DNA of 64,000 bases from Alphaproteobacteria bacterium (lineage in GTDB: Bacteria > Pseudomonadota > Alphaproteobacteria > Micropepsales > Micropepsaceae). Location of the stretch: positions 31,389 through 95,388 of the forward strand of contig JAFARO010000016.1 in assembly GCA_019245415.1 (NCBI GenBank). Reading direction: 5' to 3'. The translations under genes were made by a program, and so were the position numbers. The notes beneath the pieces were generated by a model. That model worked only from the letters and a program-made list of their open reading frames with translations. It was not told the DNA's origin and did no database searches. Of this stretch, positions 18,264 through 27,473 are shown piece after piece; the first letter of the stretch is position 1; each line of letters opens with the position of its first letter.

Positions 18264-18742
18264 CGCTTGTGCAAGAGGTGCTTCAGCCAGGTCCTGCCCG
18301 GCTTGTGCACTTCGGATGCGACCTGCACGCGCTCCTGCGGTGTAAGCAGCGCCATGGACTCCACCGTGGTCCTCAAGCTTTCCGCTTCCAGAGCGGAATC
18401 GGCCGCCTGCACCGCTTCGCTCGCCTTGGCGAAAGCCTGACTATCGAAGGCCGGCGCGGAGAGCAGCTGGAACAGTTCGGTGCGCGCCTGCATCGCCTGG
18501 CGCCGCAATTCGTGGAGCTTGGGACGATGCGCGTCGAGCACGGCCGCGATCTTGTCCTGCTCGGCGGGGGCCATGCGCATCAGCGCCGCGGCGCTCAGGC
18601 CGCCGCGCGCCTCATGCGCCTCGAAGGGCCGCATGCCGGCGCGGAAGAACATCGCCGCGGCCAGCCCGATCAGCGCGACGTTCAGGCAGAGCGAGACGAT
18701 CAGCAGAATGCTCGGACGGTCCGGGCGGCCTTCCTCGGTCAC
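18260..18742 (-). CDS. Periplasmic Spy/CpxP-like (LTXXQ) heavy-metal-sensor family protein
   Basis: N-terminal TM LLIVSLCLNVALIG; LLSAPAFD; LTPQER; GTG start in GTGA overlap. Confidence 0.8.
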   Translation of the reverse strand: MTEEGRPDRPSILLIVSLCLNVALIGLAAAMFFRAGMRPFEAHEARGGLSAAALMRMAPAEQDKIAAVLDAHRPKLHELRRQAMQARTELFQLLSAPAFDSQAFAKASEAVQAADSALEAESLRTTVESMALLTPQERVQVASEVHKPGRTWLKHLLHKR

Positions 18743-19080
18743 GAATTCTCCCCGATCTCGAAGGCGGGCGGCGCGTCGAGCATGACGCTCGCGGACTGCT
18801 CCGTTGCGGATGCCTCGTCGCCCAGCGGCACGAGCACGCCCATCGCCAGCCCCACCGCAAGCGCTCCGGCAAGCGCGGCTGCCGGCCGCCATGCCGGCGC
18901 GCCCGGCCAGATGGTCTCCAGCAGCGGCGCCAACCAACTGGCCCGGCGCCGTTCTGTCAGCCGGTCGAAGTCGCCCAGAATCCGTACCTCCAGCGCTGCC
19001 GGCACCGGCACCGTCGAAAGGCGACCCAAGGCCCCCCCGACCCACTGCGCATCGTTCTGAAAATCGTCCACGTCCCTCAT
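18739..19080 (-). CDS. Putative single-pass anti-sigma factor
   Basis: Between ECF sigma and LTXXQ gene; PAALEVRIL, then TM AALAGALAVGLAMG. Confidence 0.7.
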   Translation of the reverse strand: MRDVDDFQNDAQWVGGALGRLSTVPVPAALEVRILGDFDRLTERRRASWLAPLLETIWPGAPAWRPAAALAGALAVGLAMGVLVPLGDEASATEQSASVMLDAPPAFEIGENS

Positions 19081-19081
19081 C

Positions 19082-19624
19082 CTATCCGTCCCTCAGATGC
19101 GCGAGCCGCGACCGCAGCGCGCGCCGCCCCCTGGCCAGGAGGGACTCCAATGCTTCAACGCTGACCCCCAGAATCTCCGCCGCTTCGACATTGCCGCGCT
19201 CCTGGTGGTGGCACAGCACGATCGCCGCGCGCTGCCGCTCCGGCAACGCCGCCAGGGCCGCCTCGATTTCCGCCGACATATCGGCGGTTTCGAGCGCGCG
19301 ATCGGCGCGGGGAGCGGGGTCTGGCACATCCGCCGCCTCCTCCAGATTTGCGGCCGGACGCTTGCGCAGCCGGTCGTAGCACTTGTTCATCGTAACCCGG
19401 TAAAGCCAAGTCTCGAACTTGGCCTTGCCCGGCGTCCAGCGCGCGGCGTGGGTCCACAGCTTGAGGAAAGCGTCCTGGACGGCGTCCTCGGCCTCGCTCT
19501 GGCTGCCCAGCATGCGCCGCGCCAGGCTCAGCATCTTGGGCAGGTGCCGGGCCATCAGCGCTTGCGCCGCCGCGCGGTCGCCGGCGCCGGCACGCTTCAC
19601 AAGGTCGGTATCCGGATCGAACAT
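19082..19624 (-). CDS. ECF RNA polymerase sigma factor
   Basis: AEDAVQDAFL, FETWLYRV region 2; LPERQRAAI, EAAEILG, LESLLARGR region 4. Confidence 0.92.
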   Translation of the reverse strand: MFDPDTDLVKRAGAGDRAAAQALMARHLPKMLSLARRMLGSQSEAEDAVQDAFLKLWTHAARWTPGKAKFETWLYRVTMNKCYDRLRKRPAANLEEAADVPDPAPRADRALETADMSAEIEAALAALPERQRAAIVLCHHQERGNVEAAEILGVSVEALESLLARGRRALRSRLAHLRDG

Positions 19625-19756
19625 CCTGGCCGGCTTCCAACCATGGGCTTGGGGCGCGCGCAATCCTGCACCGGAAGCGCAGCCGACCATTCAACGCCGC
19701 ATCCGCGGGCTTCCGTCGCGCGGCCAAGCGGTCGGCGCGCAGCCATCCGGGACGCG

Positions 19757-20839
19757 TCACCGCGGAAGAGGGACCGGCGGCGGCAGGAAAGGCAGCGCCG
19801 TAACCAGCCCAGGCGTGCCGTCGGCGAGGCGCACCTGCGTGTTGGGCGTGCCGAGCCGCGGCTCCAGCATCGCGAGCGCGATCGCCGAGCGCAGAGCCGG
19901 CGAATAGACCGAACTGAGCGTGCGTCCGCCTTCCGCGATGACGGCATTGGCCGCCGGCACATCGCTGTCGAAAACGATCCCCATGCGGACGCGCGAAGCA
20001 GGCAGGCCGGCGCGCGCGGAGCGGCCGTTGAAGCCGACATGGTCCGGATCGACCAGCGAGCCGAGGCCGATATCCTCGGGCGCGGGCATGCTGTCGAAGC
20101 CGCCGCGCGCCGGCCGGTAATCGCGTCCCGGGCGGGGCACGCCGGCCTCCATGTCGAGAATATCCATCGCCCGCATTCCGGCGGGCTCGAGCGCATAAGC
20201 GCGCCCCACTTTGGCGAGACGGTCCCAGACCAGCGGCGCATCTGTGGCGGAACAAGCAATCTCAAAGCCTTCATGCTCGCCGAACCGCGACAACGTCACT
20301 TCGATCCCGCGCCAGAACAGCTTGCGGAAGCGCAGCTGCGCCAAGTCGGGATCGAGGCCAGCGGCGGCGAGAAGCCTGGCGGCGTAGGGACCGACCACCG
20401 CGAGCATTCCCTCGGCTTCGGCGATCTCGTGCACTTTGACATCGAAGAGCGCGGCCGCGCGCGCGATCCAGAGCGGATCGGCACAAGCCGAGACGAGCAT
20501 GAAACTATCTCGGCCGTTGCGCGCGAGCAGGCCAGCGCCGCGCAGCGCGCCCCCGTCGCTCAGCCACAGTGCCTTGAATGCCTCCCCCGGCGCGAGCGAA
20601 GCCGGATCGCGCGTCAGCAGGCGCGCCAGGAACTCTTCCGCGCGCGCGCCGTCGACGGCCACGCGCCAGCGCCAGGAGATGTCGGCCATCGCCACCGTCA
20701 GCCGCGCGGCGAGCGCCTCCTGCGCCGCATCTTCATAGACGGCGGCGACGGTCCAGCCTTCGCGCGGCTCCCACAGATTGAGCCGCGACGCTGCCGCGGC
20801 GGGGCCATGGAACGGCGTGGCGCGAACCTGCAGGCTCAT
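19757..20839 (-). CDS. GcvT-like aminomethyltransferase family protein (divergent)
   Basis: TPFH, ADIS, LAVVGPYA, SRFGEHEGFEI, LDMEAG, SSVYSPAL. Confidence 0.8.
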   Translation of the reverse strand: MSLQVRATPFHGPAAAASRLNLWEPREGWTVAAVYEDAAQEALAARLTVAMADISWRWRVAVDGARAEEFLARLLTRDPASLAPGEAFKALWLSDGGALRGAGLLARNGRDSFMLVSACADPLWIARAAALFDVKVHEIAEAEGMLAVVGPYAARLLAAAGLDPDLAQLRFRKLFWRGIEVTLSRFGEHEGFEIACSATDAPLVWDRLAKVGRAYALEPAGMRAMDILDMEAGVPRPGRDYRPARGGFDSMPAPEDIGLGSLVDPDHVGFNGRSARAGLPASRVRMGIVFDSDVPAANAVIAEGGRTLSSVYSPALRSAIALAMLEPRLGTPNTQVRLADGTPGLVTALPFLPPPVPLPR

Positions 20840-22125
20840 GGCCGAGCCTTGCGTTGCAGTGCCGCCGAGACCATCTCCGCCGCCAACCTTCCCGCGCGGC
20901 CCGAAAGCGCGTCCACCGGCTCGGCATCGCGGCCGCAGAGAAACAGATTGCGGATCGGCGTCGCAATGCGCTCCTGGGCGCTTGCGAGCAGCTTGGGAGG
21001 ACAGAGCGTGCGCGTGGTGAGCGCGATGTCGAGCACGCGGCTTCTGAATTGCGGCGCGAAGCGTTCCAGCTGTGCGACGATGGCGTCGGCCGTGGGAGTC
21101 CCCTTGGCCTTTACGATGAAGCGGTGCTGTCCCGGTGACGGCGCGTCGCTGGCGACGCCTTCCAGGGCCGGTTCGCCTTCCGCGATGACATGGCGCACCG
21201 CTCCGCCCGAGCTGCGCCCGCCGAGACCCGGTTCTCCATTGAGCGTCAGCACCGCGACGGTTTCGCTGCGGCGCGGCGCCGAAGAGAGCAGCCTGAGCGT
21301 CTGCGCGATACCCGCACTTGCCGTCGGCAGCAGGCGCAGCAAGGTGTCGCGCCGCGACAAGCAGGAGACGACGGCGCGCGAGAAAATCTTTTCGCCGCTG
21401 TCGAGCACGACGCCCGCGGCTTCGTCGCCGGCAACCAGGACCTGTCTCACCCGCGCCTTGCTGCGGAAGCTGACGCCCAGCTCGCGTATGGAGGCCATCA
21501 TGGCGTCGGCAAGCGCCGGCACGCCGCCTTGCGGAAGGGCGCGCGCGCCCTGCAGGCCGCACATCTCCTGGCCGGCGCGCCAAAGAAGCGCAAGCGCCGA
21601 CCCCGGCGCGAAGGGCTCCGGCACGTCGAAGCCCAGCGTTGTCCGCACCGCATCGGACTCGAACAAGGCGGCGAGCAGCGCCTGGGCGCTCGCCGCTTTG
21701 TAGCGCTCCGGCAATCCCGCGGGCGCCTCTGCCGTCTCCCACCACCAGGGCCGCAGGCGGCGCGCCAATGCAAAGATCTCCGCCTGGCGGCGCTCATAGG
21801 CGCGCGCGTCTGCCGGCGAGCAGGCGACGATGGCGCGCGCGGCCTTGTGCGGATCGCGCGGGAGGAGGAGGTGGCGGCCGTCCTGGCGCAGCGCGAGCGT
21901 CGGAAGATCGCGCTGGATGAATTTGAAGCCGCGTCGGCTGAGCTTGAGCGTCTTCACCAGCGCCGGATCGAGCGCCTCGAGCACGGGCCAGAACTCGCGC
22001 ACGCCGCTGCCGGCCTCTGCGGCTTCGAGCAGCACGACATGGACGCCTTTGCGCTCGAGGCATGCGGCGGCCGCGATGCCGCCGATACCGGCCCCGATCA
22101 CGATCGCGTCCGCCGGCGCGCTCAT
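20836..22125 (-). CDS. Phytoene desaturase-like FAD oxidoreductase (divergent)
   Basis: IVIGAGIGG Rossmann motif; PQGGVPAL; TPIRNLFLCG. Confidence 0.8.
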   Translation of the reverse strand: MSAPADAIVIGAGIGGIAAAACLERKGVHVVLLEAAEAGSGVREFWPVLEALDPALVKTLKLSRRGFKFIQRDLPTLALRQDGRHLLLPRDPHKAARAIVACSPADARAYERRQAEIFALARRLRPWWWETAEAPAGLPERYKAASAQALLAALFESDAVRTTLGFDVPEPFAPGSALALLWRAGQEMCGLQGARALPQGGVPALADAMMASIRELGVSFRSKARVRQVLVAGDEAAGVVLDSGEKIFSRAVVSCLSRRDTLLRLLPTASAGIAQTLRLLSSAPRRSETVAVLTLNGEPGLGGRSSGGAVRHVIAEGEPALEGVASDAPSPGQHRFIVKAKGTPTADAIVAQLERFAPQFRSRVLDIALTTRTLCPPKLLASAQERIATPIRNLFLCGRDAEPVDALSGRAGRLAAEMVSAALQRKARP

Positions 22126-23489
22126 TTCAGCAGTCCCGCATCCAGATCGGCGGCCAGCGCGCGCGCCGCGGCGACACCGGCCGCGCAGGTCGCGAGAGGT
22201 CCCAGCGGCGCCGACGGTCCGCCGAGATAAAGACCCGTGACCGGCGTGCGGCCGCCGGGACAATCCTGGAAGCCGCGCAGCGCGAACATCTGATCCGGCG
22301 CGATCTCGCCGCCGTCGAGATCGCCCTCGGTCAGCCCCAGCGCGGCTTCGATGTCGGGCGCCACGATCAGTTCGGCGGCGAGCACTTTCGCGCGCGTTCC
22401 CGGTGCGCCGATCTCCAGTGCTGCCAGGACGCGCTCCTTGAGCGCGCTGCGCTTTTCGTTGGTCCAGGGTCCGTCGAACAATTGGTGGGGGATCGCGCCC
22501 AAGGTCGCCGTCACGACCGCTTTTCCCTCCGGCGCGAGGCCAGGGTCGGCGGCGGAGACCGGCCGCAAGGTCATCGGCGGAAGCTCCGGCACCGTGGCGG
22601 CGTGCCAGGCAGCGTAAGCCTCGGCGGGCGATCCCAGTTGCAGCGGAGCATCGAACGGCGCCGGCCCGTCGAGCGCGACGAGCAGTCGCGCGCGCGCGCC
22701 GGCGTGGCGGTACTGCGACACCCGCTCGATCGCTGCGGGCGGCAAGTCCTTCCAGGCGAAGAGAGAGAAGAAGGTCCGGCGCAGGTCGAGCGTCGATATG
22801 ACGGCGCGGCTCTCGATCTCGGTGCCGTCGGCGAGCCGAACGCCGAGCGCGCGCTGCTTGGCATGACGGATGTCGGCGGCTTCCAGCCCAAGCGCGAAGG
22901 CCGCGCCGGCGTCGCGTGCTGCAGCCTCCAGCGCCTGGCCCAGTGTCGCCAGCCCGCCCATAACGATGCCGGAACTGCCGCAGCCCGGCGCCAGGAGGTG
23001 AAGCGCGCTGCCTTCGAGATCGGGGTCGGCGGCGCGGCCTTCGAGCGCGGCTGCGGCGGTGCCTGGCCCAAGATCGGCACAAGCGTCGTTGAGCGACCGG
23101 CTCAGTCCTTCGCTCGCGGGCCAGCGTGAGAGCGTCTTCTCCGCGCGGCCGAACCAGTTGCGTTTCGGCGCGCGCGCAGCCTCGGCCATCGCGTGCGCCT
23201 CGAGCGCGGCGAGCGCATCGGCGAAAAGCGGCGCGCGCGCGCGGGCGAAGATGGCGCCGCGGGAAGCCAGGCCGAGCGCGCGGAAGATTGCGATCGGCAC
23301 GGGCGCCACCTCGTCGCAATAGGGCGAGGCGCGGAAGCCCGGGTGGAATTCGCGCGTGATGCAGCGTCCGCCGCAATGCTCCGCGCGCTCGATGACGATC
23401 GCGCTGCGTCCGGCGCGCGCCAGCGTCGCCGCGGCCGCCAAGCCGTTCGCGCCCGCGCCGATGATCGCCGCGTCGTACCGCACCGCCAC
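22122..23489 (-). CDS. Phytoene desaturase-like FAD oxidoreductase
   Basis: IIGAGANGL, ERAEHCGG, LGLTEGDLDGGE, RTPVTGLYLGG. Confidence 0.85.
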   Translation of the reverse strand: MAVRYDAAIIGAGANGLAAAATLARAGRSAIVIERAEHCGGRCITREFHPGFRASPYCDEVAPVPIAIFRALGLASRGAIFARARAPLFADALAALEAHAMAEAARAPKRNWFGRAEKTLSRWPASEGLSRSLNDACADLGPGTAAAALEGRAADPDLEGSALHLLAPGCGSSGIVMGGLATLGQALEAAARDAGAAFALGLEAADIRHAKQRALGVRLADGTEIESRAVISTLDLRRTFFSLFAWKDLPPAAIERVSQYRHAGARARLLVALDGPAPFDAPLQLGSPAEAYAAWHAATVPELPPMTLRPVSAADPGLAPEGKAVVTATLGAIPHQLFDGPWTNEKRSALKERVLAALEIGAPGTRAKVLAAELIVAPDIEAALGLTEGDLDGGEIAPDQMFALRGFQDCPGGRTPVTGLYLGGPSAPLGPLATCAAGVAAARALAADLDAGLLK

Positions 23490-23621
23490 CCACCTCCGCT
23501 GCCGGCATTCTGCGCCGGTCCCGTTGAAGGCATGCTAACGAAACGGCAGCCTTAACGCGCGCGGCATGCGCGCATTAAGCGGCTTTTCAGGCCGCTTTCC
23601 GCGAAGCTTGGTTAATGGAGA

Positions 23622-24107
23622 TCAGAGAACGCCGCGCTTGTGCTCGCCGACCACGATGCGGCCGGGATTGAACGCGCGCTTGAAGACGCCGAGCGCCTTC
23701 CTGGGTTCGGCATCGCCGCACATGAAGACGTCGAACGCCGCGTAGCCCTTTTCCGGCCAGGTGTGGACGCTGATGTGGCTCTCCGCCAGCACCGCCACGC
23801 CCGAGATGCCGCCGCCATCGGAGAAGGTGTGCAGATGGATATGCAGCAGCGTGGCTCCGGCTTCCTTCACGGCATCGATCAGCGCCTGCTCGATGCGGTC
23901 GCGGTCGTCGAGGCCTTCGGCTTCCCACAGATCGATGATCAGATGGCTGCCGGCGAAGATCAGTCCGTTGCGATTGATGAAGTGGTCTTTGGGCTCCGTG
24001 TTCGCGGGAACGGGAGCCAGTCTTACGGTCTTCGCGGAAGAGCGGACGCGCTGCGTCTTTCCTTCTTTGGTCGCCGCAACAAGTGCGAGTTTAGCCATTT
24101 CGGGCAC
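23622..24107 (-). CDS. speD: S-adenosylmethionine decarboxylase proenzyme
   Basis: GSHLIIDL, GISGVAVLAESHISVHTWPE (pyruvoyl E-S cleavage site), DVFMCG. Confidence 0.95.
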   Translation of the reverse strand: MPEMAKLALVAATKEGKTQRVRSSAKTVRLAPVPANTEPKDHFINRNGLIFAGSHLIIDLWEAEGLDDRDRIEQALIDAVKEAGATLLHIHLHTFSDGGGISGVAVLAESHISVHTWPEKGYAAFDVFMCGDAEPRKALGVFKRAFNPGRIVVGEHKRGVL

Positions 24108-24169
24108 CTACCCCTGTTAAGAGTTGACACCTGCGCCTTGGCCTTTCGGACTTCCGGACGCTTAAGAAG

Positions 24170-24218
24170 AAAGCGGCGGACGGAAGGCCGCCTCGCCGCT
24201 TTGTTCCGTTGCCGGAAC
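24170..24218 (-). terminator. Hairpin pair with U-rich tail in speD leader (candidate attenuator)
   Basis: GTTCCG-GCAA-CGGAAC, then 9-bp AAAGCGGCG/CGCCGCTTT stem followed by CTTCTT on minus strand. Confidence 0.55.
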
Positions 24219-24224
24219 GTCGCG

Positions 24225-24252
24225 AATATAGGCACGTTCCCCCCCCATGCAA
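24225..24252 (-). promoter_or_regulatory. sigma70-type promoter upstream of speD
   Basis: TTGCAT-N16-TATATT on minus strand. Confidence 0.6.
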
Positions 24253-24399
24253 GAAAATTTTCGTCCGAGCATGAAGTTTTCTTGAAGGCGCGTCCCGCCG
24301 GCGACACGCTCGCTGTCACAATTCCCTTCGGGCGCGAGGTGGACAGCGCTCCGTGCACGCCCTATACGAGCGCGCTTTTTTGGATGGCGGGGATCGGCG

Positions 24400-25257
24400 A
24401 TGACGAGCGTCAAAGAGCGTCTGCACAAGGGCTACGCGCAGAGCATGGAGCTCAGCGGCAAGCCGCTCGCCGACGAGAAGAGCCGTTACCAGCGGATCAA
24501 GATCTTCGACACGGTGGCGAACGGGCGCGTCATGACGCTCGACAACATCGTCCAGATCACCACGCGCGACGAGAGCGCCTATGCCGAAATGCTGACACAT
24601 TTGCCGATGCTCGAGCACGGCCGGGTCGAGCGCGTCATGATCGTGGGCGGCGGAGACCTCTCCATCGCCGACGAGGCGCTGAAGCACAAAGGCGTCAAGG
24701 AAGTCGTCCTCGTCGACATCGACGGGCGCGTCGTCGAGCTCTGCCGCGAGCATTTTGCCGAGATCAACGCCAAAGCCTTCAAGGACAAGCGGCTCAAGAT
24801 CGAAATCGCCGACGCCTTCGAATATCTCGGCCGGCCCCAGAGCAAAGGCCGTTTCGATCTGGTGATCGCCGACCGCCCCGATCCGGTCGGCCCCGGCAAG
24901 GCGCTGTTCGGGGAAACGTTTTACGATCGCGTTCGCAACGCGCTGGCCAGGGGCGGCTTCGCGACGTTCCAGACCGGCGTGCCGTTCTATCAGCCTTGGG
25001 AGATCACCGAGGCGCTGACGGAACTCGCCGGGTTCTTTCCGCAGTCGGGACTCTATCTCACCGTCGTGCCGACCTATATCGGCGGCTTCATGGCGCTGTC
25101 CTGGGCCGGCAAAGGCGCGACGCTGGGAACGCCGGCCGGCATCAAACGCGCGGCGGCCGCCTATAAGAAAGCCAGGCTCAAGACCGACTATTACAACCCC
25201 GCCGTCCATGCCGCCGCCTTCGCGCTGCCGCAATGGATCAAGCGGCTGGTGCCGTGA
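24400..25257 (+). CDS. speE: Polyamine aminopropyltransferase (spermidine synthase)
   Basis: SRYQRI, LDNIVQ, YAEMLTH, VGGGD, VDID, DPVGPG, HAAAFALP. Confidence 0.92.
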   Translation: MTSVKERLHKGYAQSMELSGKPLADEKSRYQRIKIFDTVANGRVMTLDNIVQITTRDESAYAEMLTHLPMLEHGRVERVMIVGGGDLSIADEALKHKGVKEVVLVDIDGRVVELCREHFAEINAKAFKDKRLKIEIADAFEYLGRPQSKGRFDLVIADRPDPVGPGKALFGETFYDRVRNALARGGFATFQTGVPFYQPWEITEALTELAGFFPQSGLYLTVVPTYIGGFMALSWAGKGATLGTPAGIKRAAAAYKKARLKTDYYNPAVHAAAFALPQWIKRLVP

Positions 25258-25264
25258 CCCTACT

Positions 25265-25352
25265 CGTCATGGCCGGGCTTGACCCGGCCATCCAGCAAGT
25301 GAGCATGCGCGCACGCCGACTCTGGATGGCCGCCTCAGGGGCGGCCATGACG
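25265..25352. repeat. REP-like double hairpin (CGTCATGGCCGGGCTTGACCCGGCCATCCAG family)
   Basis: Termini CGTCATGGCC/GGCCATGACG; homolog at 60984-61126. Confidence 0.85.
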
Positions 25353-25359
25353 AAATAAT

Positions 25360-25887
25360 ATGGACACGTTGCACCTCCCCTCACCCGACTCCCGCGAAGC
25401 CGCGCTGTACGCGCGGCTCGAGTCGCTGGGTATTGCCTTCACGCGCTTCGAGCACGTGCCGGTGTTCACCGTCGAGGAGGCGGGGGCCGTCAATGCGGGC
25501 CAGCCGGGCGGCCACACCAAGAACCTCTTCCTCAAGGACAAGAAGAGCGGGTTGTGGCTGGTGGTGCTGCGCGACGATTTCCGGCTCGACCTCAACGCGC
25601 TGTCGCGGGCGCTCGGCGCACCCCGGTTTTCCTTCGGTTCCGCAGAACTGCTGCAGGAAAGGCTCGGCGTCCCGGCCGGTTCGGTGACGCCGTTCGCCCT
25701 GATCAACGACCGCGAACGTCAGGTCCGGGTGGTGCTGGACGAAGCGATGCTCGCGCTGCGGCCGCTGAACTTCCATCCCTTGCGCAACGACCGCACCATC
25801 GCGGTTGCCCCGGAAGATTTGTTGCGCTTCATCGCCGATTGCGGTCACACCCCGCTGGTCGTCGCTTTGCCCGAGGCCGCCCCATGA
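25360..25887 (+). CDS. YbaK/ProX aminoacyl-tRNA deacylase family
   Basis: HVPVFTVEE, KNLFLKDKK, GSVTPFAL, NFHPLRND. Confidence 0.92.
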   Translation: MDTLHLPSPDSREAALYARLESLGIAFTRFEHVPVFTVEEAGAVNAGQPGGHTKNLFLKDKKSGLWLVVLRDDFRLDLNALSRALGAPRFSFGSAELLQERLGVPAGSVTPFALINDRERQVRVVLDEAMLALRPLNFHPLRNDRTIAVAPEDLLRFIADCGHTPLVVALPEAAP

Positions 25888-26468
25888 CGCCTGTCCTGCC
25901 GCTGGGCCCGCGCGTGCTCGAAGGCCGCCATATCCGGCTGGAGCCGTTGTCGGACGCTCATCATGCGGGTTTGATCGCCGCCGCCGCCGATCCGCAGACC
26001 TGGACCTACATACCGATTGTCCATTTCAAGGATCGTCTCGGCTGGATGGTCGAGGAAAACGCGCAAGGCCGCATGCTGACCTTCGTCGTGGTTCGGAAGC
26101 TCGACGGTGCGGTCGTCGGCTCGACCTCGTATCTCGCCATCGCGCCCAACGACGCGCGCGTCGAGGTGGGCTTCACCTGGTACATCGCCGAAGCACGCGG
26201 CGGCGCGACAAACCCGGAGGCCAAGTACCTGCTGCTCGAGAACGCCTTCGCGGCGCACTACAATCGTGTCGAGTTCAAGACCGATGCGCGCAATGCGCGC
26301 TCGCGCGCCGCGCTGCTCAAGCTCGGCGCCCGGGAGGAAGGCACCCTGCGCGGCCATATGTGGATGCCGCAGGGCTATTTCCGCGATTCGGTCTATTTCT
26401 CGGTCCTCGCCGGCGAGTGGCCCGCCGTCAGGACGGCGCTCGAGAAGCGACTGGCCGAAATGGCTTGA
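25884..26468 (+). CDS. GNAT (RimJ/RimL-like) acetyltransferase
   Basis: VEVGFTW, NPEAKYLLL, RVEFKTDARN, RDSVYFSVL. Confidence 0.9.
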   Translation: MTPVLPLGPRVLEGRHIRLEPLSDAHHAGLIAAAADPQTWTYIPIVHFKDRLGWMVEENAQGRMLTFVVVRKLDGAVVGSTSYLAIAPNDARVEVGFTWYIAEARGGATNPEAKYLLLENAFAAHYNRVEFKTDARNARSRAALLKLGAREEGTLRGHMWMPQGYFRDSVYFSVLAGEWPAVRTALEKRLAEMA

Positions 26469-26519
26469 CGCTTCGCGCGTTGTGCTATTGTCGAGGCGAA
26501 CGAAAGAGACAAGCGGAAA

Positions 26520-27473
26520 ATGGCTTTGATCGGTCCGGGCGGGCGGCCGCTGACCCAGGCGAAACCCGAGGGCGCCGCGCAGGCGACCGGGGCCGAGGGT
26601 CCCTACATCAAGGATGCCTCGATCGAGACTTTCGCCGAAGACGTCCTGGTCGCGAGCCGCGCCGTGCCGGTAATCGTCGACTTCTGGGCGCCGTGGTGCG
26701 GACCGTGCAAGCAGCTGGGCCCGGCGCTGGAAAAGGCCGTGAACGCCGCCAAGGGGGCGGTGCGCCTGGTCAAGATCAACATCGACGAGAACGAGGAGAT
26801 TGCGCGCCAGCTGCGCATCCAGTCGATCCCGACCGTCTATGCCTTCAAGGACGGCCAACCCGTGGACGGCTTCATGGGCGCCTTGCCCGAAAGCCAGGTG
26901 CGCGCCTTCGTCGAGCAGCTCGCCGGTGGGCATGGCGGCGCGGGCCACACCGAAGAGGTCATGGCCATGGCGGCGGAAGCTTTTGCCGCCGGCGACGTCT
27001 CCGCCGCTGCCCAAGCCTATGGCCACATCCTGCAGGAGGATCCCGGCCATCCCGGCGCGGTCGCGGGGCTGGCGCGCTGCTACTTGAAGAGCGGCGATCT
27101 CGAGCGCGCGCGCAACACCTTGCAGCTCGTGCGTCCCGACGCCGCCGGCGACGAAGCCGTTCGCGCGGTAGAAGCCGAATTGACCTTGGCCGAGAGCGCG
27201 ACGAAAGCGCAGGGCGATCTCGCCGCGCTCAGGGCCAAGCTCGACGCCGATCCCAAGGACCATCAGGCACGCTATGACCTGGCGCTGGCGCTCGACGCGC
27301 ATGGCGATCGCGACGGCGCGCTCGACGAGTTGCTGGAGATCGTGCGGCGCGACCGCAAATGGAACGAGGAAGCGGCGCGAAAGCATCTGGTGACATTGTT
27401 CGAGGCGATGGGCCCCGCCGACCCGCGCACGCTGAGCGCGCGGCGCAGACTGTCCTCGATCCTGTTCTCGTGA
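26520..27473 (+). CDS. ybbN: Thioredoxin-TPR chaperedoxin (YbbN/CnoX)
   Basis: [21 protein letters not shown]-terminal TPR ending [10 protein letters not shown]. Confidence 0.92.
   Translation: MALIGPGGRPLTQAKPEGAAQATGAEGPYIKDASIETFAEDVLVASRAVPVIVDFWAPWCGPCKQLGPALEKAVNAAKGAVRLVKINIDENEEIARQLRIQSIPTVYAFKDGQPVDGFMGALPESQVRAFVEQLAGGHGGAGHTEEVMAMAAEAFAAGDVSAAAQAYGHILQEDPGHPGAVAGLARCYLKSGDLERARNTLQLVRPDAAGDEAVRAVEAELTLAESATKAQGDLAALRAKLDADPKDHQARYDLALALDAHGDRDGALDELLEIVRRDRKWNEEAARKHLVTLFEAMGPADPRTLSARRRLSSILFS

Noticed and set aside
20836-23489. Carotenoid biosynthesis cluster
   Set aside because: No crtB, crtE or crtY nearby; the partner is a GcvT-like gene.
19757-23508. Fusion or frameshift among the CrtI-like and GcvT genes (track ORFs 19757-21745 and 20836-23508)
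   Set aside because: Each gene has its own ATG in a clean ATGA overlap; the upstream extensions are off-frame GC-rich read-through.
23550-23615. CtrA box (TTAA-N7-TTAA) upstream of the CrtI-like operon or at 39790
   Set aside because: TTAA spacing is 19 nt at the first site, and the second half-site is absent at 39790; the sequence is better explained as terminator-like hairpins.
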